From an uncultured Nitrososphaerota archaeon (GTDB taxonomy: Archaea; Thermoproteota; EX4484-205; JAAOZP01), in the NCBI GenBank assembly GCA_964416155.1, contig CAYQCW010000001.1, positions 32,001 through 96,000 of the forward strand: a DNA stretch of 64,000 bases, given 5' to 3'. Below the pieces are notes generated by a model. That model was not told the origin of the DNA. It did no database searches and saw only the letters and a program-made list of their open reading frames with translations. Both the position numbers and the translations under genes were made by a program. Shown piece after piece: positions 56,842 through 64,000 of the stretch (position 1 is the stretch's first letter; the number at the start of each line of letters is the position of its first letter).

Positions 56842-59280
56842 ATGGATGGAAAAAGGATCCGGATATATATGGTTGGAAACTCCCATATAGACCCAATATG
56901 GCTGTGGAGCTGGCAGGAAGGCTACAGGGTTGTAAGATCTACCTTTAGAAATGCTTTAGACTTGATGAACGAGTTTAACTGTTTCGTATTCGCAGCTTCC
57001 TCAGCAGTTTTCTATGAGTGGATTGAAGCCAGCGAGCCTGAAATGTTCAGGGAGATAAGGAGGAGGATTAAGGAGGGGCGTTGGGCAATCGTAGGAGGAT
57101 GGATAGTGGAGCCGGATTGCAACATACCGGCTGGAGAAAGCTTCGTGCGCCACGCGTTATACGGGCAGAGATATTTCAAGAAGAAGTTTGGAATCATCGC
57201 CGCCACAGGTTACAACGTGGATTCCTTCGGACACAACGGAATGCTGCCCCAGATCCTGATTAAATGCGGATTAAAGAATTATGTTTTCATGCGCCCAGGG
57301 TTCTTTGAAAACAAAAATATTCCGGAGACTGTTTTCTGGTGGGAGGGTTACGATGGGTCAAGAGTGCTTTGCTACAGGATTCCCTTAGCCTACTGTACAA
57401 GTGGAGAGGACATTACAGATCATATTGATAAAACAATTAGTATGGTTAGGCCTCCCTCTAGGGAGGCGATGTGCCTCTATGGGAGGGGGGACCATGGGGG
57501 CGGCGCAACTAGGGAAAACGTGTTGAGCATCCTTAGAAGAAAAGAAAAGGGGGATGTTGAAATTGTTTTCAGTTCTCCCGACGAGTTTTTTAACGTGGCA
57601 AGAAGAAGACTAGGGCTACCCGTATTTCGTGGCGAAATGCAGCATCATGCAAGAGGCTGCTACTCTGTTCACTCTGAGGTTAAAAGAAATAATCGTAGGG
57701 CTGAAGAACTTCTTTGTACAGCTGAGAAATTTTCCTCCATGGTCTATCTACTCCTAGGAGAAGAGCACCAGCAGGAAGAGCTCACGGAGGCTTGGAAAAA
57801 ACTATTGTTTACACAATTCCACGACGTGCTGTGCGGAACATCCATTCCGGAAGCATACGACGATGTGCGGAACATTCAAGGCGAAGTCTTAAGCAAAGGG
57901 AGCACTGTGTTGAACAAGGCTGTCCAAGCCATAGCCTCCAAAATAAACACGGGGGGAGAAGGCATCCCTATAATAGTTTTCAACCCGCATTCGTGGAACA
58001 TGGTTTTCCCGGTTGAGGTTGAAGACGTTAACGGGGAAGGCAGCCTTATGGATGAAAAGGGACAGGCAGTGCCTATACAGCGTGTGAAACCCTCCGCAAA
58101 CGTGGGGGACTGGAGACAAAGAATACTCTTCATCGCAGATATTCCTGCCTTTGGCTACAGAGTTTATCGCAATACGGGTAGGAAGGATAATGCATCGTCT
58201 CCTCACGGAGAGCTTATAGCTTCAGATAATTTTCTGGAGAACGAATGGTTCCGTCTGGAGGTCGACCCGTCGAACGGCTATATCAAACACCTCTACGATA
58301 AGAAGAACAAGGTTGAAGTGTTCAGGGGGGACGCCTGTGTTCCAATTGTAATCGAGGATCAGAGCGATACTTGGAGCCACGGGGTTAACGAGTTTAGGAA
58401 CGATATAGGAGCTTTCGGAAACGCGAAGGCTAGGCTTGTTGAAAAAGGCCCGGTACGTGCCACTATAATGGTTGAAAGCAACTATAATAAGTCGTTCATG
58501 CGCATGCAAGTTTCAATCTATAGGGGGCTGCCTTATGTTGAGCTGAGGTTTTCATTAAACTGGAACGAGCAGCATAAAATGCTTAAACTGAGTTTTAAAG
58601 TTAACGTTGACCAGCCGATGCTGACTTCTTCAATTCCGTATGGATGGGTTACGCGTCCCTGCAACGGGGAGGAGGAGCCGATGCATAAATGGGTGGATAT
58701 AACTGGGACTACGGTAAGTGTTGACGGCGAGATCAAGAACCATGGGCTTAGCATATGCAACGACTGCAAGTATAGCTATGATGCTAAAGGCTCGGAAATA
58801 AGAATAACAGTTCTTAGAAGCCCACCCTATGCCCACCATCAGCCTTACAAGCTAGATCCAGCCCAGACCTACTTATATATTGATCAAGGGTGGCAAGACT
58901 TCAGCCTAATGCTTTTACCGCATGCCGGTTCTTGGAAAGCAGCGGATACCGTAAAGCGTGCAGAAGAGTTTAACTCTAAACCAATAGTTTTCGTCGACTA
59001 TCCTCATAATGGTTTGCTTCCGCCATCCTGCTCCTTAATTCAAGTTAAACAGGATAACGTATTAGTCAGCGTGTTTAAAAAACATGAGGATTCAGAGAAC
59101 CTTGTGATGCGTTGTCATGAGGCGAATGGGGAGGAGGCTGAGGCCAACATAAGCCTGCCAGTCATCGATAAAAAGGTTAAAGCCAGGTTTAAGCCTTTCG
59201 AAATAAAGACGCTACTGATTCCGAAAGCAAGAGGAAGAATTAAAGAGCTCGACATGCTGGAGTTCCCCAAGCGAAAATAG
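56842..59280 (+). CDS. GH38 alpha-mannosidase
   Basis: GNSHIDPIWLW, VGGWIVEPD, VDSFGH, YGRGDHGGG, QFHDVLCG and TVLRSP. Confidence 0.93.
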   Translation: MDGKRIRIYMVGNSHIDPIWLWSWQEGYRVVRSTFRNALDLMNEFNCFVFAASSAVFYEWIEASEPEMFREIRRRIKEGRWAIVGGWIVEPDCNIPAGESFVRHALYGQRYFKKKFGIIAATGYNVDSFGHNGMLPQILIKCGLKNYVFMRPGFFENKNIPETVFWWEGYDGSRVLCYRIPLAYCTSGEDITDHIDKTISMVRPPSREAMCLYGRGDHGGGATRENVLSILRRKEKGDVEIVFSSPDEFFNVARRRLGLPVFRGEMQHHARGCYSVHSEVKRNNRRAEELLCTAEKFSSMVYLLLGEEHQQEELTEAWKKLLFTQFHDVLCGTSIPEAYDDVRNIQGEVLSKGSTVLNKAVQAIASKINTGGEGIPIIVFNPHSWNMVFPVEVEDVNGEGSLMDEKGQAVPIQRVKPSANVGDWRQRILFIADIPAFGYRVYRNTGRKDNASSPHGELIASDNFLENEWFRLEVDPSNGYIKHLYDKKNKVEVFRGDACVPIVIEDQSDTWSHGVNEFRNDIGAFGNAKARLVEKGPVRATIMVESNYNKSFMRMQVSIYRGLPYVELRFSLNWNEQHKMLKLSFKVNVDQPMLTSSIPYGWVTRPCNGEEEPMHKWVDITGTTVSVDGEIKNHGLSICNDCKYSYDAKGSEIRITVLRSPPYAHHQPYKLDPAQTYLYIDQGWQDFSLMLLPHAGSWKAADTVKRAEEFNSKPIVFVDYPHNGLLPPSCSLIQVKQDNVLVSVFKKHEDSENLVMRCHEANGEEAEANISLPVIDKKVKARFKPFEIKTLLIPKARGRIKELDMLEFPKRK

Positions 59281-59351
59281 TCGATACGGCTCTACTCGTC
59301 CAGCAATCCCTTGCATACTCTTAAATAGGCTCAAAAATTTTCTTAGGGGAA

Positions 59352-60515
59352 ATGAGTTCCATAGAAATGCCGAGCCTAGAAGAGATAAGGAAAAGTAGAC
59401 CAAGCAAGTATTTGGGACTGGGGAGAGACGTAATAAGCCTAGGCTTAGCGGAATCCGATTTCGAAATGCCTAGAGAAGTCAAGGAAGCAATGATAAGCGC
59501 AATTACAAATGGAAGGTATCATTATGAGATGAATGGGGTTGCAGAGTTCATAGAGGCGGCTAGAGATAAGTTGCTTCGTTTTAACAACATTCCCGTTGAA
59601 GAGGGAGAAGTGCTTCCGACGGTCGGGGTTATGAACGCGATATGGCTGACCTATCGGGTTCTTCTAAAGCCCGGCGAACATGTTATCGTCGTCACACCCA
59701 CTTACCCGCCTCTGATAGGCAGGCCCAAGGGTTTCCAGGCAGAGGTGACCGAGGTCAAAACTCAGAGGGACGGGCATCTGGACCTAGCTAGGATTGAGAA
59801 AGCAGTAACCAGCAAAACCAGGATAATTACAATCTGTAATCCTAATAATCCTACGGGAACCGTTTACACTAGAGACGAGCTGGAGCGTTTAGCGGAAATA
59901 GCTGTAAAACATGATCTCTACGTTTTCTCAGACGAGCTTTATGAGAACCTTACCTATGACGGTAGAAAACACGTTAGCATTGCTTCACTGCGGGGCATGT
60001 ATGAACGGACGGTCACAGCCTTCGGATTTACGAAAACATATGGAATGTCTGGGCTGCGCATAGGCTATGTTGTCTCCGAGGGAAAAATAATTAGGCTTAT
60101 GAGGGATGAGAACACTGGCATAGTTATTCATCCGGGGACAGTTGAACAGATAGGCGCTGCAGCAGCCTTGAGAAAATGCGGCTATTACGTAGATTTTTTA
60201 AAGAACTATTTAGAAAGGGTTAGAAACAGGCTTATAGCAGAGCTGAATGAAATCCCTGGAATAGTTGCTCAGCCGCCCGAAGGCTCATTCTTTGCTCTCC
60301 CAGACCTAAGTATTTTGTTTGAAAAAGACGAGGATGCTGTTGAATATCTTTTGAAAGAGGCGAAGGTGTTGGTTTACGGTGGAAGTGTATTTGGGGACGG
60401 GGGCGCTGGACACGTTAGAATAAACTTTTGTTCACCCCTAGAAATAATCGAGGAGGCTTCTGTTAGGATCCGGAATGCGTTGACGAAAAGACATGGTGCT
60501 ATTGACAAAAAATGA
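59352..60515 (+). CDS. Class I/II PLP aminotransferase (AspC/MalY-like)
   Basis: CNPNNPTG, SDELY, GFTKTYGMSGLRIG and VRINF. Confidence 0.92.
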   Translation: MSSIEMPSLEEIRKSRPSKYLGLGRDVISLGLAESDFEMPREVKEAMISAITNGRYHYEMNGVAEFIEAARDKLLRFNNIPVEEGEVLPTVGVMNAIWLTYRVLLKPGEHVIVVTPTYPPLIGRPKGFQAEVTEVKTQRDGHLDLARIEKAVTSKTRIITICNPNNPTGTVYTRDELERLAEIAVKHDLYVFSDELYENLTYDGRKHVSIASLRGMYERTVTAFGFTKTYGMSGLRIGYVVSEGKIIRLMRDENTGIVIHPGTVEQIGAAAALRKCGYYVDFLKNYLERVRNRLIAELNEIPGIVAQPPEGSFFALPDLSILFEKDEDAVEYLLKEAKVLVYGGSVFGDGGAGHVRINFCSPLEIIEEASVRIRNALTKRHGAIDKK

Positions 60516-60516
60516 G

Positions 60517-60894
60517 TTAAGAAACAGTGTCAGAGAAGTCGAATTCTATCTTCCCATACTCCATCGTCATCGTGCTGACTACTATTTTATGAAGCCCCGG
60601 TTGTAAGCCTCCAGGCTTTTCGACCGTAAATTTAATCCTGTCTCCAACAGTAAAGAGTGTCGAAGTCTTAGCAAATTCCTCAGCTTTAATCGTCACTCCA
60701 CCTTTCTCAATAGTTATTTTCTCTAGTGGAAGTTCCTCACCGTCTACTGTGAGTTTGAAACCGCCTTCAATAGTGCCCGACCCCAACCTGTTAAAAAGGG
60801 AAAAACTGAAGCCAACATTATTTCCGTTTTCGTCAACAATATTTTTCAAAGACCCCTTCTCATATAGCTGTCTCAACATGAACGCGGGGATCAT
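60517..60894 (-). CDS. Small beta-rich hypothetical protein
   Basis: MIPAFMLRQLYEKGSLKN...GFSFSLFNRLGSGT...GLQPGLHKI; AT-rich TATA-like element about 25 bp upstream. Confidence 0.7.
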   Translation of the reverse strand: MIPAFMLRQLYEKGSLKNIVDENGNNVGFSFSLFNRLGSGTIEGGFKLTVDGEELPLEKITIEKGGVTIKAEEFAKTSTLFTVGDRIKFTVEKPGGLQPGLHKIVVSTMTMEYGKIEFDFSDTVS

Positions 60895-61047
60895 TCCGCC
60901 TACCGTAAGACTTTACGTAAATATAAAGTTTTCTCAAGCGGAGTAATGGGTAAATTCATTTTGAACAAAAAGCCTTTTAAAGCCTTTTCTCATCAAATCT
61001 AAAACAACCTATAATGTTATATAGGTTTAATATTTCATATCCCTTTC

Positions 61048-62340
61048 ATGAGCAAGAAGCGGGAAACCGGAATATTGCGCGGCGCATGGTATGTAACGCT
61101 TATTTTCTTCATCTTCGTTGTACTACATTATGCCGATAAGTTTCTCGTATCCCCGCTACTGCCATTAATAAGAGACGAGTTTAAACTAGGCTACACTGAG
61201 CTGGGAGCCATTGAAACCGCAACCATACTGGTGGCCGTTGCTTTCATGCCCCTCTGGGGCTATCTCTTCGACAAGTACGCTAGACCTCCCTTAGTCGCTC
61301 TTGCAAGCGCGATCTGGGGGTGCACAACGATGTTCTCCACTTTTTCAGCAAATTACACTCAGTTGATTCTTACGAGATCAGCAACGGGAATAGATAATCA
61401 AGCTACCAGCGGTTTAATGTCCTTCCTAGGAGACTACTTCCCCCCTGAGAAGAGGGCTACCGCATTAGGAATCCTACAGGCGGCTGAAACTTTTGGAGCC
61501 CTAATAGGCGTCGTCATAGGCCTCGTAATCGGAATCAGCTTCGGATGGCGCAACGCCTTCCTTTTAACCGTAGTCCCAAGCATATTTTTAACGTTCATAG
61601 TTCTTTTTACTGTGAAAGATGTTCCAAGAGGGGGGACTGAGCCGGAGCTGGTGAATGTTAGGGATAGGCTCAAGGATACTTTTTCAGTAAAATCTCTGAA
61701 AAGGCTTTTCGAAAGAAAATCCATCTTATTTCTCTACCTCCAAGGGTTCTTCGGCGTCTTCCCGTGGAACATTCTTTCCTACTGGCTCTTCACCTATATG
61801 ACTGATGTCAGGGGCTTTGAAGCAGGCTCACAGCTACTCGTAATGCTGGCTGCCCTTCTCTCCATGGTTGCTGGAAACCTGTTGGCAGGCTTAACAGGAG
61901 ACTGGGCTTTCAAAAGAAACAAGAGGGGGAGAGTAGTCTTCGCCACTCTAACCGTCGTCATAGGGCTAGTTTTCTTCAACATGGCTTTCCTGACTAAGGG
62001 TGGCGTAGAACTCTTCTTGATACTGGGCGCTATGACAGCGTTATTCATGCCTATGGCTGGGCCATGCGTCTCATCCTCTGTTCAAGACGTTGCCCTTCCC
62101 GAGGTAAGAGGGTCAGCCATGGCCATGCTGCTATTCTTCTACAACGTCGGGTCGGCTTTTGCACCTTTAATTACGGGTTATGCTGCAGACACGATTGGAC
62201 TAGAATGGGGCATAGTTACGATAGTAAACATCACTTGGTCAATATGCATAATTCTTCTAAGCATGGCGGCAGTCTTCATCCCACGGGACATAGACTGGAA
62301 AAGGAAGGAACTTACCAAGAGGGCTGAGACACTGGCTTAA
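61048..62340 (+). CDS. MFS transporter
   Basis: About 12 TM helices; WGYLFDKYARP, DYFPPEKRATALG, GWRNAF and PEVRGSA; TATA at 61017. Confidence 0.92.
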   Translation: MSKKRETGILRGAWYVTLIFFIFVVLHYADKFLVSPLLPLIRDEFKLGYTELGAIETATILVAVAFMPLWGYLFDKYARPPLVALASAIWGCTTMFSTFSANYTQLILTRSATGIDNQATSGLMSFLGDYFPPEKRATALGILQAAETFGALIGVVIGLVIGISFGWRNAFLLTVVPSIFLTFIVLFTVKDVPRGGTEPELVNVRDRLKDTFSVKSLKRLFERKSILFLYLQGFFGVFPWNILSYWLFTYMTDVRGFEAGSQLLVMLAALLSMVAGNLLAGLTGDWAFKRNKRGRVVFATLTVVIGLVFFNMAFLTKGGVELFLILGAMTALFMPMAGPCVSSSVQDVALPEVRGSAMAMLLFFYNVGSAFAPLITGYAADTIGLEWGIVTIVNITWSICIILLSMAAVFIPRDIDWKRKELTKRAETLA

Positions 62341-62382
62341 GCAGAAGAATTTATAAGGGTCTCAGACTCTAGCTTTCCAGGC

Positions 62383-64000
62383 TTGCTAGGTGAAAGAACA
62401 CGTTCCTTCGAAGGAAACATGCTTTCCGAGATAGCTTTCCCGATAGGAGGAATAGGTACAGGAACAGTTTCCCTAGGAGGAAGAGGAAACCTTAGAGACT
62501 GGGAGATATTTAACAGGCCAGGTAAAGGAAAGGACCTACCATACACTTTTTTCTCCATCTGGTTTCGCGAAGAGGATTATAAACCAGTTTCAAGAGTGTT
62601 AGAATCCAGGATCCCCCCACCCTATCGTGGCAGCCACGGAATCCCATGGTCATACGTTCCGGGTCTACCTAGGCTTGCTAAGGCAAGGTTCAGGGGAGAG
62701 TATCCCTTTGCACGAATAGATTTCGAAGACAATATTCCGCTTGAGATTTCCCTAGAGGCCTTCAACCCTCTGATTCCCCTCAACGAGAAGGATTCAGGCC
62801 TACCTGTGGCGATTTTCAAATGGAGAGCGAGAAACAGATCCTCTAAGAGAATTCGCTTAACCCTGGCTATGAGCCTTTTCAACGCTGTTGGATACGACGG
62901 CACTTCAACTCTTACAAACAGGTTTAACGATTTGTTCGGACAGAATTTGAATGAGCTGGTTAGGGAAAAAGGCTTAACCGCTATAAAGATGAGCAGCGGC
63001 AAGTATTCCAGGGAGGATCCAAAGTTCGGCTCAATGGTTCTCGCCACAAGCTGGAGCGAGGTAACCTACGCTCTAAGATGGGAGAGATCGGTCTGGTGGG
63101 ATGATGTGCAGAGCTTCTGGAAAGATTTCTCTGAAGACGGGCGGCTGGCTGAGGAGCCTGCAGCCGACCCCTCCATGGATGGGGAGACAGACATAGGGAC
63201 CCTCGGGCTCTTGGCAACCTTGGATCCGGGAGAAGAGGTTGTTCTTCCATTCATACTTTCATGGTATTTCCCGAATCTGGTGAACTATTGGAATAGAGAG
63301 GATGAAGTAAGGGGAAAAAGAATTGGAAACTTTTACGCCAAGCTATTCCAAGACGCTTTAGATGTTGCCAAGTATGTTGTTAGAGAGTTTGAGAGGCTTG
63401 AAAGAGAAACCATGCTTTTCCACAGGACGCTTTTCGAAAGCACTCTTCCCGACTATGTTCTAGAAGCGGTGTCCAGCCAGGTTTCAACCATAAGGACTCC
63501 AACATGCCTATGGGCTGAGGACGGCAGGTTTTACGCTTTTGAAGGATGTAGTGATAACAGCGGATGCTGCTGGATGAACTGTACGCACGTCTGGAACTAT
63601 GAGCAGACCCTGGCACATCTTTTCCCAAGCCTAGAGAGAACGATGCGTCTAACAGATTTTCTAAACAATACTGATGAGAATGGGAACATGGCCTTCAGAA
63701 CCCTAGTGCCGCTGTCAGGTGCTAGATGGAGGTTTAAGCCTGCGGCTGACGGGCAGACGGGGTGTGTAATGAAGCTCTATAGGGAGTGGAAGCTCAGCGG
63801 CGACGAGGAATTCTTAAGAATGCTTTGGCCCAATGCTAAAAAGGCGTTAGAGTACGCTTGGAAAACGTGGGATAAGGATTGCGACGGCCTTATGGAGGGG
63901 GAGCAGCATAACACGTACGATATTGAGTTTTACGGGCCTAACCCCATGGTTAGTTCCCTATATCTTGGGTCATTGAGGGCAGCGGAGGAGATGGCTAAAC
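62383..64000 (+). CDS. GH116 glycoside hydrolase (non-lysosomal glucosylceramidase-like), 3' end outside window
   Basis: Not in ORF track because it runs off the edge. From TTG 62383: IAFPIGGIGTGTVSLGGRGNLRDWEIFNRP...GEYPFA...FEGC...GCCWMNCTHVWNY...AADGQ...QHNTYDIEFYG. Confidence 0.9.
   Translation, partial: MLGERTRSFEGNMLSEIAFPIGGIGTGTVSLGGRGNLRDWEIFNRPGKGKDLPYTFFSIWFREEDYKPVSRVLESRIPPPYRGSHGIPWSYVPGLPRLAKARFRGEYPFARIDFEDNIPLEISLEAFNPLIPLNEKDSGLPVAIFKWRARNRSSKRIRLTLAMSLFNAVGYDGTSTLTNRFNDLFGQNLNELVREKGLTAIKMSSGKYSREDPKFGSMVLATSWSEVTYALRWERSVWWDDVQSFWKDFSEDGRLAEEPAADPSMDGETDIGTLGLLATLDPGEEVVLPFILSWYFPNLVNYWNREDEVRGKRIGNFYAKLFQDALDVAKYVVREFERLERETMLFHRTLFESTLPDYVLEAVSSQVSTIRTPTCLWAEDGRFYAFEGCSDNSGCCWMNCTHVWNYEQTLAHLFPSLERTMRLTDFLNNTDENGNMAFRTLVPLSGARWRFKPAADGQTGCVMKLYREWKLSGDEEFLRMLWPNAKKALEYAWKTWDKDCDGLMEGEQHNTYDIEFYGPNPMVSSLYLGSLRAAEEMAK

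Noticed and set aside
62338-62382. MFS and GH116 are in the same frame separated by a single TAA (possible read-through fusion)
   Set aside because: Same-frame adjacency has roughly a 1-in-3 chance, both proteins are complete on their own, and GH116 has a plausible TTG start.
628-63628. Numerous short ORFs in the track overlapping long genes (e.g. 628-966, 18351-18986, 29624-30082, 62337-63628)
   Set aside because: They are antisense or off-frame shadows of well-supported genes, including the two edge genes missing from the track, and show no family motifs.
1-64000. tRNA, rRNA, CRISPR array or IS element
   Set aside because: The intergenic regions inspected show no cloverleaf/T-loop signature, no regularly spaced repeats and no transposase motifs. 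A covariance-model search would be needed to exclude small ncRNAs.

Overview
This is an archaeal chromosomal segment, most likely from a Thermoproteota/TACK heterotroph. Evidence for that: TATA boxes about 25-30 bp upstream of start codons, an archaeal-type ThyA, a DUF2208-like membrane protein and an archaeal PAPS-reductase/PUA remnant. It is dominated by carbohydrate catabolism: GH127, two GH38, GH31, GH57, GH116 (partial), a heparinase II/III-like protein, a Dpp/Opp-type ABC importer whose binding protein carries tandem InlB-B-repeat-like domains, an MFS carrier, UxaC, PfkB and GHMP kinases, a fucose/arabinose isomerase, transketolase and a glycogen-type cluster. Features not resolved by the ORF track but readable in the sequence: a collapsed integrated mobile element at about 30.2-33.35 kb (tyrosine recombinase, PriS-type primase pseudogene, RHH regulator, DUF5131 pseudogene), two URO-D-family pseudogenes, an internally deleted PAPS-reductase/PUA/ferredoxin pseudogene, and partial genes at both window edges. 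The best candidate for an undescribed system is a GHMP sugar kinase + unusually built GlmU-like nucleotidyltransferase + NDP-sugar dehydrogenase operon next to uxaC. Other candidates are an active/inactive amidohydrolase pair within an amino-sugar/lyase/URO-D cluster, and a half-GT4 protein in the glycogen cluster. No tRNA, rRNA or CRISPR array was seen. All family calls come from motif recognition by eye, not from database searches.
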